A program made the translations under genes and the position numbers. A stretch of 64,000 nt of DNA, taken from the IMG/VR virus record IMGVR_UViG_3300033388_005412, positions 128,001 to 192,000 of that record; one strand, written 5' to 3'. This document shows, piece after piece, positions 51,660-63,960 of the stretch. A model generated the notes under the pieces. That model was given only the letters and a program-made list of their open reading frames with translations, ran no database searches and was not told the DNA's origin. Each line of letters begins with the position of its first letter. The stretch's first letter is position 1. This DNA is from a virus (taxonomy: Duplodnaviria; Caudoviricetes).

Positions 51660-54600
51660 TACGGTGTTTTAAAACACATCAACTCCCAGGCGGAAATCAC
51701 AAGATAATTGTTAAGAACAAGAATCATGCGGTTATAATAAGTGATGGCCGGCCCTTGGAGAAAATTGATGGTAAATGGGTTTACACTGAATATATTCAGA
51801 AGGGGATGAAAAATGGGAAAATTTGAAATCGGTGAAACTGTTATCATGCATGGATATGGTAATAGTAGAAAACTTGTCAAGATTGATTCAATTACAAAAG
51901 CAGGAAATATTAAAATAAATGACGAAGTCTTTAGACCTGATGGTCATTTACGTGGTGGGGGTGTTTGGTCATCATCATATATTGACAAAACAAATCCGGA
52001 AGAAATAAAGGAAATAAAAGATGAAATTTATAAAGAAAATTTAATTTATTTTCTTAGAAATTTTGATTTGAATACTTTATCAAATACTAAGTTAACAGAA
52101 ATATACAAAATAATGAAAGGAGCGAAGAAATGAAAATTTTATCAGAAAAAGAATACACAAGATTTGTGAAAGCAGATGAAATGGAGAGCCGGGTTTATAT
52201 GGCTAACAGATGGCTGGCTGAATTTGACGATACATTGGCACCCATGTGGGATTATATAATAAAAGGCGATATTGACATCGACAAAATGAGAGAAAAACTT
52301 AGGAAGAAGTATGAAAAAATATAGGGTGATTGATTTACAGGGTTGCAATTTTATGGACGATACTTATGATGAACCCATGACTATAGCCGCTTTGAGGTCC
52401 AGATTCTGGGATCTCGATGACTGTCGAAGCAATACATATAATCAATTTACAAAAGATTATATATGTGACATGTGGATGGTTGAATTTGAGGAGATTTAAT
52501 GAAATATCAATTTTGCAAATGTAATAATTGTGGAGAGGTCTTTATTGATATAAATCCTGACACACAACCATCTTTTGAGATACCACGCGGTAAAATTTTT
52601 AGAGAATTAACACAGCAGGAAGATGATGGCGGTTATTTCAGTGGCTGTCCAACATGTAAAACTGACGGATATTTAAGAGATGTGATAGATATGAAAGATG
52701 TTTTTCTGGGAGGTAAAAATGAGTAGAGTAAAAATTAAGTCACTGGAACATTTAAAAGAGATTTTAATAAATAGCGATAAGGATAGTGATGAAGATTTTG
52801 TTTTGTTTTTAAATAGTGGTTTAAGATCATCTAAATATATTGGCTATGATGATGGTATATTCTGCATCACAAACTGTATTGATGATTCCGAGCAGGAATT
52901 AAATGATAAAGAAATTATGGATGATGAATATACAAACATAGGTAAAGGCATTAAACTCGGCGCATTTTACTGGGAGCCGGAGGAATAAATGGTTAAATAT
53001 AAATCTGATAAGCGGATAGGACATGAATTCAGAAATATGAAAATAAACGAAATTAAATTTACAGGTAATCGTTCAGGATTCATAGATATTTACTTTCCGC
53101 ACGGTGGTGAGTCAGTTGCTGGCGGGGCAAAAAACGTTTGTGATAATTTTATTATATATTATACAGGTGTAGTGGCATTTAGCTATTGGTATCCAAATGA
53201 TATATACTGGCAATTATCTATGGCAGTTCGGAATAAAAGTGAGGATAGAAAATGAAAAATAGATTAACGTTAAAAAGTTTGAAAATTGAGATAGATAATT
53301 TGATACATGATATCACAGATATAAAAGAACACCAAAGAAGCCACAAAAACAAAATAAATGAAATAATATCAAAAATGATAGATTGGGAAAACGCATGTAA
53401 AGCGTTAGATCATCAAATGTATCAAATTGAGCTTGATATATTAAATAACCGGCATATAACAGAATGTTGTACCTGTCATTGCAAGGTAACAGAAATGACA
53501 GCAAAACGTGAATGGAATAATGTGGTAATTGATCCTGATTGCAGAACATTTGACATAGTAGATAAATCATATAATGGTTATAAGTTGCTGGTGCCAATTT
53601 GCCCTGAGTGTGAGAAAGAAGGTGAAATAGCGATTTACAAAATGTTGTTCGAAAAGGATGATAAATAATGGATAAAGCCATATATAAGCAACCATGCGAA
53701 AAAATGTATCATGTATTTACAAATGATAATGATAGCTGGGTGGAAAATTTGTCAGAGGCGGTGAAAATCGCCAGAATAATGAACCGGGATCATGGATGTG
53801 TAAGAATATATGAAGAAACTAATTGGGATGAAGAAGAAGGACTATTTATAGATGAAAATTGTATTTTAAGTTACGGTGGATTTCCGCGTTAGGAGGATAA
53901 ATGCTCACATTTACAAGATTTAGTAAACAATGGTATTGGGAAAATCATAGGAAACATTTTAAAGACTTCAAAGACAATATTTTTGTTATAGATAGATGTT
54001 CAAATGGAGGATGTAAATGGGAATTCATGATACGACAATATGATTTTGGTATTGACGATACGCAAGCCGTTCGAATAGAAATGTTTGATGATGGTGTGAC
54101 ATCTTTGAAAAATAGTAGAGTTGTAAAAATGCTGGTTGACCTTAAAGGCTGTTCAACTTTAGATAATGCTGAAATAATATTAAGAAAACACAAATTTAAG
54201 GAAATAATAGAGAAGGAGGATAAATGATTGAATTAACAAATTTCGAGAAAGAAGATGTTCGAGCGCAACTTAACATAAATGGGATGCGTAAAAGTATGGT
54301 TAAGTCCGTTATGTCGGCAATTGGTAAGAGAACTGTATCATTCGGAGATGATTATGAAAGGAAGTTTTCAATTATTAAAGTTGGTAAATCATATGGTGTA
54401 GCCAAAAGATGTACATATAAAAGGAAGAAATCAGATGATGAACCCAGAATGTCCACCGGATTTACACTGGCGCTTATGAGAGCATTAGATATGCTTAAAG
54501 AGAATGATGATGAACAGAATCAGAGATAAAATAGTATCAGAACAAGCCACAGGCTGCTGTGAACATGGTGAACTGACCTTTCAGACAAAAGATAGCGGGA

Positions 54601-55958
54601 TAACGGACGAGGATGCGATTAAGCGACTTTATAATGGAGAAGAGGTCGCTGTGCCTTCCGCCGGTTCCGGGAGTTATAATGACATATTTCAAGTTCTAGG
54701 GTTTAACGAGGTTAAAGTTATTGACTGGGACAATTCAGCGGGAGATTGGACATTCGGAGTAAAGAACAAATCCGGTTGGAGAATTGCCTGGCAGGAAAAT
54801 AGATATCCGTATTATGGATTCAGATATTTTATTAATTTAGATGATTATGGCTATAGGTTGTTTGAAGATTTAATCAATACGGAGAACTGATGTCAAACAA
54901 AAAATTTAACAAATTAATTTTTCTTGAGATGCAAAAATTAATGCCAGGAAGACCGATTAAATATTATTTTCATGCTAAAAATAATAAAGTTGAAATAAGG
55001 TTTAGAGATGGATATATCGTTAATTACAACATTGATGGTAAATTTAAAAATGATGACAAATTTTGTACGATAGTAGCTAAACAACTTGGCGCGGCTGCAG
55101 TGAGCCATTGGAGATCATATGTTGAAAACATTATGGGAGTGATGAGCCCCAAAGAGATAAAGGAGATAATAAAAGGAGAGTCAGAATGAAGAAATATACA
55201 GTAGTTTGTGCTGATTTTATAATACACGTAAGAAAAAAAGAATTACCAATTATACGCAAAAAACTAATAAAAAGTCTTAAAGGGTGTGGTTTGGACTTCT
55301 CAAGAGGTGGAATATCTTTTTATGATAAAATTGAATTAAAAGGAGAATAGAAATGAATGATTCTTATGTAGACAAATTTTTAAGATTTATTAAAGAATGC
55401 AAAACAGATGAAGAAATTTGTGATGTGATAAATAGAATATATGAAGACGGCTTCGAGGACGGGTGCAATGAAAATTAATATACCGAAAAAATATTTAATC
55501 AAGGATTTTACTTATATGTTGGAAGGTGTTATAATATCGGGAAATATTAAAGGTAACAAAAAAGCAAAATTTAAAGCAACCCTTGGTAAAAAATTTGCAA
55601 AAAAGATAGCCACAGGTTTGTATTCTTATCTTAAGGAATGGGCTGTTAAGGAGAAAAGATGAAAGGAGAAAAATTCCCGGAACACGAGAAGCTTAAAAAA
55701 ATTAAAGACAAATCGCAGGTGATCGGTGATTTTATGTCGTGGCTTAATGATATTAAAAAACTTTATTTATGTACATGTACAGATGTAGCTGAACTTGATG
55801 GTCAGGATGATTATGGTGATTTGGAAGAGGTATTTTGGCCGGCACATAGGGATGTTACAAAACTTCTTGGTGAATATTTTGATATTGATCTAAATAAACT
55901 TGAAAAAGAAAAAGTAAAAATGCTCGATCAAATAAGAGATGGAAACAAATAAGGGGGT

Positions 55959-57221
55959 GTGATGAAAGCAATAGCAGTGTTTGCCGGAAAAGGCGGCGTA
56001 GGGAAATCAAGTATTTCTGCATTATTATCACTAGCTTTAAAAAAGAATCATAAAGTGGCTTTATTTGATGCTGACTTAAATACGCCATCTATCCCCATTT
56101 TATTTAGAAAATCTCATAATTTTAAGAATATGAAAATATTCTCTGTTGGTGATATAGCTAAGTCTGGTAAAGCAATTGCTTTGACTGGAAGAGTTGTTAA
56201 GAAAACATTGCGTGAGTTAGCAAATCGGATTGAAAAATATAATCCTGAAATTTGTATCATTGATATGCCGCCGGGTACCGGTGATGTGATGATGCAGGTA
56301 TGTGAGCGAATAAAACCAAGTTCATTTTTGCTGGTATTGCAACCGAATAACCTAGCAAAAGAAGATGCATTAAGAGCTGTTAGTCTGTTTTATGGAACAA
56401 AAATACCGATAACAGGTATAATTGAAAATATGGTTGGAGATGTTTTTGGAGAAAGTAAAGCAGTTGGTATAATGAATTTGCCCGTGTTAGTTTCGTTGCA
56501 TCTTAGAACTGATATAGCAAAGTTTGGAAGCGCTGGTGAAATTCATATGATTCAAGATAACCCATTAGAGAAGGTAGCGGAAGAAATTTTCAAAAAAGCA
56601 TGCGAGGTGTCATGGAAACAGGTTCCAAAGAAATTACTAGAAGGTCCAACTGAGAAGGAATATAAGAATGCGTATTACGATAGCAGTCCTTGGGATCCTG
56701 AATCGAGTCATAAGGGAAGTTTAAGATTCGTGGGAACCAATTCATGGGATTATATTAGAAGGCGACTCATGGATAGAGAAACGTCGCTTGTTCCTGATCA
56801 ATTTCTTGCATATAATGATGCGCAAACTGTCCGCAAGATGCTGAATGGATTAGATGAAGATAACGAGGGTATGTTTATGGTTGTTCGGCCGCCCAGTACA
56901 CAAATAAAGCTATTTCCAGGAGAAATTGGAACTGCACATCTTTGGATGGGGAGTGAAACATATTACGGCGTCCCTAGTATATCATACCAAACGGATCAGG
57001 GAGAAGTTAGATTGTTTCCTCATGAGGCATCTCCAGTAAGTTATGAACTACTTGTGGAATTGCAGAATGAAAAAGAACTTATACGGGCGAAAAAATCATC
57101 AGTGCCAAGATATTTGCCTAATGGAAAAATACTTATGAAAATTGCTCGTGCATTTGGAACGAGATGTTTCGTGACTAAAAATTGGAAAGATGAATATAAG
57201 GAATTAGGAGTAAGAACATGA
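55959..57221 (+). CDS. Mrp/NBP35-like P-loop ATPase with an unknown C-terminal domain
   Basis: GKGGVGKSS, DADLNTPSIP, IDMPPGTGD, GIIENM; CPxC absent. Confidence 0.8.
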   Translation: MMKAIAVFAGKGGVGKSSISALLSLALKKNHKVALFDADLNTPSIPILFRKSHNFKNMKIFSVGDIAKSGKAIALTGRVVKKTLRELANRIEKYNPEICIIDMPPGTGDVMMQVCERIKPSSFLLVLQPNNLAKEDALRAVSLFYGTKIPITGIIENMVGDVFGESKAVGIMNLPVLVSLHLRTDIAKFGSAGEIHMIQDNPLEKVAEEIFKKACEVSWKQVPKKLLEGPTEKEYKNAYYDSSPWDPESSHKGSLRFVGTNSWDYIRRRLMDRETSLVPDQFLAYNDAQTVRKMLNGLDEDNEGMFMVVRPPSTQIKLFPGEIGTAHLWMGSETYYGVPSISYQTDQGEVRLFPHEASPVSYELLVELQNEKELIRAKKSSVPRYLPNGKILMKIARAFGTRCFVTKNWKDEYKELGVRT

Positions 57222-58144
57222 AAATAAAAAAGGGTGAATTATTAGAAATTAATCACACGCGGAAGGGTGTGTTTAAAGGTGTTGCTACGGAGGATTTTGA
57301 TACAGAGAAAAACGAATTCTATCCGATAGTTCTTGCTGAGGAAATTGTGTATAGATTATCGACGTCTTGGTTAAAAGGCGAAAAAATACCTTGTGGAAAA
57401 TCATTTTGTAGTATTAATTGTTTGGGGCATCATGGTCACAAAAAACAAATAAAGGAGAAAAAATGAAAATAAATGATTTTATTAAAGAAATAGTTAGTTA
57501 TTTTGATTCGAAACAAATATTAACAGAAGAAGAAGAATCATTATTGGAGCAAGGCAGGAATTTGATTGAAACATATACTGTTATTTTGATGGATAAAAAT
57601 GGGGAAGTTGACAGAACAAATGTTGATGAAAAATCAGACGAACTTGCATGGGAATTATTTAGAGAATTTGAGAGAAATGAAAATTATAAAATAACAGACG
57701 GCATGTACATTGTATGGGAATAAATAAGGAGGATAAATGAATATCGGTGAAGAACATTTGTATAAATGGCAGTATGGAATGCTCGGCGGCTTCATGAAAG
57801 CACTGTTTAGTGCTATATGCAAAGCTGATGGCGATAATATACAAAAACTGAAAAAAGCATTTCCGGAAGAAGTTGAAGCATACAGGAGATTTTCAGAAGA
57901 ATCGGGTTATTGGGATAAAATAAGAAGCGAATATATAAATAGGTGAGGAGCCAAATGGATAAATTATACGAAACAGATTATGTTATTAAAAATCAACAAG
58001 GTGACTTTGTGAGATTTAGCAATGGTGATATTATTATATATGGTAATAGAAATGAAGCAAGATATGACACAAATGTTGGCGAGATGATGATATCATGTAC
58101 AATGCTACGTAGCAAAGAACAAAAAATGATATTGAAGCAGGTAT

Positions 58145-58537
58145 GTGATGATAGAACTTAAGAATATTTATTTAGAAAAAGTTGAGGGCCACCAGCCTAT
58201 TCCACAAATCGGTAATTATAAAACCTTTGAAGAAGCTGAATCGACATTGCATTGGTGGTCAAAGAAATCGCCGGAAAACGGGGCATATGATAAAACAGAT
58301 TTTACTGTGGAGTTTAAAGATGGTTTTAAATATAGAGGAACTATAGATCTTAAGAATGACGGCACGAGTTATCATCTTATGACGCATATACTTGATTTTC
58401 TATACTTCTACTCTGGCCGCCGGAGACCGGTATGGCTTGATAATAAAAAATATAGGGAGTCATTGGTGAATATTGACACGACAATTCATGGTATGATATT
58501 AGATAAGTATTTCAAAAAATATAAGGAGGATTTATAA
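58145..58537 (+). CDS. hypothetical protein, LPD25-like
   Basis: GAYDKTDFTVEF.DG..Y.GTIDL resembles the polyvalent-protein LPD25 motif. Confidence 0.4.
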   Translation: MMIELKNIYLEKVEGHQPIPQIGNYKTFEEAESTLHWWSKKSPENGAYDKTDFTVEFKDGFKYRGTIDLKNDGTSYHLMTHILDFLYFYSGRRRPVWLDNKKYRESLVNIDTTIHGMILDKYFKKYKEDL

Positions 58538-59703
58538 TGGAAGTTTGTATTGTAACAACAATGTGTCCTAAATGTGAAACATGCTTTAATGGGACGCAAG
58601 AAGATATTGGTGATAAATGTCCAGTGTGCGGGTACGATGGTAAGGAAGATTTAGATGAATAACAATGAGCGGGAAAAACTTGAAAAGAAACACGGCCAGG
58701 TGTGGGATACTAACGAATTAACAGATGATTTTGATGTAAAAAGTTTTATAGCGCCGTTTGTGGTGGTGGAAAGGTCGTCTGACGGTAAAAGGGGAACTCT
58801 TATGTTTCAGCATCACCCGCGATTCTATTTTGACTTTGAATTCAAAGATAAACAAAAGGAGGAAAAATGAGCAATTATTATGGTAATTTTCGTAGCAATT
58901 ATTTTAGCGTAAAAAATTTAGAGAAGTTTAAAAAAGAATTAAAAAAATGGGTTAGCAGTTCTTCCGAAGGTAATGATTATGATGTTTGGGATGGAGAAGG
59001 AAATAATAAAGGTAAAATAGCACTTGGCGGATATTGCAGTATTCTTTGTAAACTTGACGATAGTGCTGATAATGGAATCAGTGAAGAAGACTTTAGTGAG
59101 TTTATTCAGAAACATCTTGATAATGATGTGGCGATAATACAGGAAGTTGGTAATGATAAACTAAAGTATCTAGCTGCTTACACGTGGTATATTTCACCGA
59201 AGATAATTAAGTTTGTTGATGGAAGTTTTGATGTAAATATAATTACAGATTTAGGATTTAGTCCTGTTAATGTAACACGTCCGGAATATTAAAGGAGAAT
59301 ATAAATGAACGAATATATAACATTACTGGGCACTGAAGATGTTAAAAATGCTGGTGGTTCAATGCGTGCGGCCGCAAGTGATATGATACGTGCCGCAAGT
59401 ATAATAAGTGAAGCAACTAATCAACACCAGAGAAGTTTAGAAGAATTTATAGACCGATTTGAAGCAGCGATAGAAAAAATAAATAAGGAGAAAAAATGAA
59501 TCAGGATTTAAACGAATTAAAAGAGATGGCGAGAACGATTTATGAGATCATGAAAGATGAAGAATTGGCTGATGCTATTGCTTCATCCTATCGTAATATT
59601 TATTGTAAATTAGTTGAAAAGGGTTTTACTGCTGATGAAGCTATTACTCTTTTATCTAGAATGAATTTTGGCGGAAGTAAGTAAAAATAGAATGAGGTGA
59701 AAA

Positions 59704-60540
59704 ATGAAAGCCCAATCATTAACAATATGTGTTCCATATAAAGGGTGTGACAAAAATTGCCCGTATTGTATTTCCAAGATGACAGGATCAATTGAGACTA
59801 ATAGTACAGTAATGGGGCGCAATATTGAAAAAGCTATAACATTTGCCAAAGCTGCGGATGTTACAAATGTAATTGTAACAGGTAAGGGCGAACCTTGCTT
59901 AAACATGTCAGATGTTATTATACTAGGACGGCGTTTTAAGACTTTCCCATTGGAATTACAAACAAATGGTATAGTGTTATCAAAAAAACAAAAACTGGTT
60001 GAAGATTTATACATCGCAGGATATAATGTTATTGCTATCTCAGTTGATAGTTTAAGACAACTTGTGTTATTTACCAATTTGTTCCGGGCAATTCGAAAAT
60101 TAGGAATATTAAGCCGAGCCGTCGTTAATGTTACACAGTTAACAGCACCCTACGAATTTGAAAATTTTATTGAAATATGTAAAAAAATCGGTATTGATCA
60201 GTTATCTTTTCGAAAGGTTGTTGCGCCAAAGTATATTGAAGATACTGATAATGAAAGACATGATGCAGTAAAGTGGATTCAAAAATGGGTTTATGATTCT
60301 GAATATGTTCAGAGGTTTTTTAAATTATTGGACCACACGTTGTCTGAGTCGCCACTGTCCAGAGTGCTGATGAAATTACCTTATGGTGCTACCATATACG
60401 ATTATAACGGAATTGCTGTTACATGGTTTGATTACTGTGTTCAGGATTCGAATAATGGAGATGACATCAGAAGTTTGATTTTTCAAGAGGACGGTCATAT
60501 GTATTCCGCCTGGAATTCGAAAGCAAGTAAGTTATTTTAG
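59704..60540 (+). CDS. radical SAM protein
   Basis: CDKNCPYC (CxxxCxxC), TGKGEP, ELQTNG. Confidence 0.85.
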   Translation: MKAQSLTICVPYKGCDKNCPYCISKMTGSIETNSTVMGRNIEKAITFAKAADVTNVIVTGKGEPCLNMSDVIILGRRFKTFPLELQTNGIVLSKKQKLVEDLYIAGYNVIAISVDSLRQLVLFTNLFRAIRKLGILSRAVVNVTQLTAPYEFENFIEICKKIGIDQLSFRKVVAPKYIEDTDNERHDAVKWIQKWVYDSEYVQRFFKLLDHTLSESPLSRVLMKLPYGATIYDYNGIAVTWFDYCVQDSNNGDDIRSLIFQEDGHMYSAWNSKASKLF

Positions 60541-61134
60541 AGAGGAAAAATGAAAATTAAACTATTTAGTGAAATAAAAATAGGAACAAAATTTCTATTA
60601 GTTAATTCTACTTGTGTGGTTTTTGAGAAAGTAAATGGCAATGGATACAATGCAGTTGAATTATGTGATAAATGTAGCAAGAACATCGAGAAAAGAGAAT
60701 ATATAGGTCCTAATGCTTTGGTGATAATTTAATGGGGGATAAGGATGAAAACAATATCAAGAAAAGAACTTGAAAGAAGAGTTTTTTGCAATAAACGTGT
60801 CCCAAAATTTATCAATGATAATGGTACTCGAAAAGAGTGGATTGGAATAGGTTGGTTTCCCTTAACCGTATTACCTAAAGAAACAGATGTCGTTGTTACC
60901 GATGTAGGGGAAACAAAATGAAAATAAATAAAAAAGAACAAAAGAAAGTTGATGACTGGAATAAAAATTATCAAGTTGGTCAAAAAGTTATTGTTAAAAA
61001 AGATGATGGTGCGGAGATTAAGACTGTTACAACTAGTCATGCGGCATTGCTTGGTGGTCATACAGCAGTTTGTTGGTTTAGAGATATCTCTGGGTGCTAT
61101 TGTCTTGACCGCGCAAAAGCAATAGGAGAACAAA

Positions 61135-61713
61135 ATGAGTAAAGGAAATGAAAAATGTGTTTTTGTTAATGTCGACACTCAAATCGATTTTATGAATAAA
61201 GACGGAGCGTTGTATGTTCCTGGTGCTGAGGACATCAAACCGAATCTCAGTAAATTGACCGAGTATGCGCTAAAATATAGAATAAAAATTATGTCAACAT
61301 GTGATTGTCACTTGAAAGAAGATAAAGAACTCTCAAGAAACGGCGGTCCGTTTCCTGATCACTGCATGTTTAATACATATGGCTGTTATAGAATTCCTGA
61401 AACACGAGTGCCGATTTGCAAAGGAGGCCCATATTATAAAAGATGTTATGATATTTTTGATGATAAATTGGGTTCTGAATATTTCGATCGGCAATTAACT
61501 AAGTGGAATGTTAAAACTGCTGTTGTGTATGGTATTGCACTCGATATATGTGTTCGTGCTACCATAATTGGTTTATTAAAACGTGGAATAAAAACGTATT
61601 TAGTAACAGATGCAACAAAGGCCGTTGATGAAGAAAAAGGAAAAGAAACAATAAAAGAGTTGATGGATAAAGGTTTACAATTGACAACAACGGAAAAAAC
61701 TATTACAATATAG
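61135..61713 (+). CDS. pncA: nicotinamidase (isochorismatase family)
   Basis: VDTQIDF, DCH, PDHC, GIALDICV catalytic and metal-binding residues. Confidence 0.85.
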   Translation: MSKGNEKCVFVNVDTQIDFMNKDGALYVPGAEDIKPNLSKLTEYALKYRIKIMSTCDCHLKEDKELSRNGGPFPDHCMFNTYGCYRIPETRVPICKGGPYYKRCYDIFDDKLGSEYFDRQLTKWNVKTAVVYGIALDICVRATIIGLLKRGIKTYLVTDATKAVDEEKGKETIKELMDKGLQLTTTEKTITI

Positions 61714-61714
61714 T

Positions 61715-62461
61715 ATGAACAATTCGTGTATTTATGCCTTTTTTGACAATGGTGATAAACCATATTACATTGGAAAAACCAGTGATTTTATAGTTAGAAA
61801 GAAAAGACACGAACGACGAATCAAGAATGGTGTGTTTTTGCCAAAATATAATAAAGCTCGAAAACTGATTCGAAACGGATTTCCATTTAGGATGGAGATA
61901 ATTCATGAAAATTTAACTGATGATGAAGCAATAAATTTGGAAACTTGTTATATTAAAGAGTATCAAAGAATGAAATATAAACTGTTCAATTTAACAGAAG
62001 GCGGAGAAGGATCTTGTGGGTTAAGGCATAAACAATCATCAATAGAAAAAAATAGATTAAAACACCTTGGTAAAATTCCATGGAATAAAGGATTGACGAA
62101 AAAAGATCCACGAGTTAAAGCGAATTGTGATGGCCGAGATAAAACTATGCGACTTCGTGGCGGACAGAGTGGCAAAAATAATCCTATGTATGGAAGAAAA
62201 GGAAAATCAAATCCTTTGTATGGTGTTCCTAAATCAAAAGAACACTGTGCTAAAATTTCTGCTGCTAAAATGGGTTTAAAAAATCCACAATCTAAAAAAT
62301 GTTTAATAATAACACCGAGAGGCAAAAGATTTACAACGTGTGTAAATGAATTTTTTAAGAAAAATTGCAAAAAATACAAAATATCAAAAAGTTTACTTCG
62401 TGGTATAGCAAATGGTATTGTCAAAAACAATCAGAAATGGGTTTGTCGATATATTACTTGA
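61715..62461 (+). mobile_element. free-standing GIY-YIG homing endonuclease with NUMOD3-like repeats
   Basis: CIYAF...YYIGKT...R...H...LETCYI...N..EGGEG; PWNKG, NNPMYG, HCAKIS repeats. Confidence 0.85.
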
Positions 62462-62506
62462 AATCATCTAGTTTTTAAGTAAAATAAAAATCAATTAGGA
62501 GGCAAA

Positions 62507-63715
62507 ATGATAATTAAATCTTTGTTAGACCAAGACACATATAAGCTAACCATGGCTCAATTTGTACTTCATCAGTTTTCCGGGGCTGAGGTTGAATATC
62601 AGTTCAAGTGTAGGACACCTGGTATTAACCTGGCAAAATATCGTGATGAAATTAATGACGAAATTGATTCACTATGCTGTTTAAGATTCAAAGAAAATGA
62701 ACTGGAATATTTAAGTAAAATTAAATATTTTAAACCTGATTTTATTGAATTTTTAAGGTTGTTTAAATTAAATAGAAAGTTTGTAACTGTTAAACGAAAT
62801 AGAAATGAATTGAAAATAACAATTAAAGGCCCGTGGCTTTACACCATATTATTTGAAGTTCCAATTCTTGCTATTGTCCATGAGGTTTATTCTTTGAAAA
62901 GACATACAGGTGAATTTGATTATTGCCAATATATATCGCCGAAACAGCAAGAAAAAGGGCTTAAAATTCTAGAAGACAAAATTAGAAATATTAATTTATT
63001 CAATAATTACGAAGGATTTCCGAAGTTTAAATTTGCTGATTTTGGAACAAGACGAAGGTTTACGCATGAATGGCATGATATGGTTATTAAAACATTAAAA
63101 CATAGTTCTTCATTTATCAGCACAAGCAATATGTATTTTGCTATGGAATATAATATAAAACCAATGGGGACAATGGCGCATGAAGTATTTCAGGCTGCCC
63201 AGGGGTTAGGGCCCCGGATAGCGCATAGTCAGGCATTTATATTGCAGAAATGGGCTGATGAATACCGGGGGGATCTTGGCATAGCTTTGACTGATACATT
63301 AGGAATTAATAAATTCCTGCGTGACTTTGATATGTATTTCTCCAAATTGTTTGATGGTGTCCGTCATGATTCCGGCGACCCTATAACATGGGGTGAGAAG
63401 GTGATTAATCACTACGAATCTATGGGAATAGACCCTAAGACCAAAACAGCTGTTTTCAGTGACGGGCTTGATGTGACAAAGGCAATAAGAATTCTGAAAC
63501 ATTTCGGAGATAGAATTAAAATAGTATTCGGTATCGGAACAAACTTAACAAATGACCTTGGTTATAAAGCACTGCAGATAGTTATTAAAATGGTCAGTTG
63601 TAATGGTCATCCAGTTGCTAAGATCAGTGACGATCCAGGGAAAACGATGTGTAAAGATAAAAAGTATTTAAGATATTTACAGTATGTAATAGATGAATCG
63701 AGGAGAGAACAATGA
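62507..63715 (+). CDS. pncB: nicotinate phosphoribosyltransferase
   Basis: LDQDTYKLTM, DFGTRRR, GTMAHE, ALTDT, GVRHDSGDP, VFSDGL, FGIGTNLT, VAKISD. Confidence 0.95.
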   Translation: MIIKSLLDQDTYKLTMAQFVLHQFSGAEVEYQFKCRTPGINLAKYRDEINDEIDSLCCLRFKENELEYLSKIKYFKPDFIEFLRLFKLNRKFVTVKRNRNELKITIKGPWLYTILFEVPILAIVHEVYSLKRHTGEFDYCQYISPKQQEKGLKILEDKIRNINLFNNYEGFPKFKFADFGTRRRFTHEWHDMVIKTLKHSSSFISTSNMYFAMEYNIKPMGTMAHEVFQAAQGLGPRIAHSQAFILQKWADEYRGDLGIALTDTLGINKFLRDFDMYFSKLFDGVRHDSGDPITWGEKVINHYESMGIDPKTKTAVFSDGLDVTKAIRILKHFGDRIKIVFGIGTNLTNDLGYKALQIVIKMVSCNGHPVAKISDDPGKTMCKDKKYLRYLQYVIDESRREQ

Positions 63716-63960
63716 TTGACGCGAGTTATTGGACAGCCAGATATTTTTCCAACATCCCATTTATAAAACATAAGGATATAGAAACTGATGAAGAAATACA
63801 ACGAAAAGCAAGAACGATGAGAATTCGAAATTATAGGAGAACAATTTTATGTCCTATGTGTTTACGGATGTTAGATTTTGGGGGATTGCCTTATAAAGAA
63901 TATGAATGTAAATGTGGTGAATTTTCTGTTCGAACAGGTCCGAAGGAGTATAAAATATGA
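63712..63960 (+). CDS. hypothetical zinc-ribbon protein
   Basis: CPMC...CKC. Confidence 0.5.
   Translation: MIDASYWTARYFSNIPFIKHKDIETDEEIQRKARTMRIRNYRRTILCPMCLRMLDFGGLPYKEYECKCGEFSVRTGPKEYKI

Larger units (their letters stand above)
47494..61142 (+). other. second long array of small hypothetical ORFs
   Basis: Co-oriented ORFs with SD and coupled stop/start codons. Confidence 0.6.

Noticed and set aside
24959-59499. Recurrent C-terminal KEDK/KEEK/EEDK peptide as a protein targeting signal
   Set aside because: It is explained by AAGGAGGA(T/A)AAATG SD-plus-start sequences overlapping the end of the upstream gene.
61715-62461. Group I intron carrying the GIY-YIG gene
   Set aside because: Neither flanking gene is split, and there is no space for the P1-P9 core.
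14665-63960. Minus-strand ORFs in the right-hand region and plus-strand ORFs inside left-hand genes (for example 31465-31932, 61963-62430, 10433-10855 and 5340-5708)
   Set aside because: They are shadow frames of well-supported genes on the other strand, lack SDs and have Phe/Ser/Ile-rich antisense composition.
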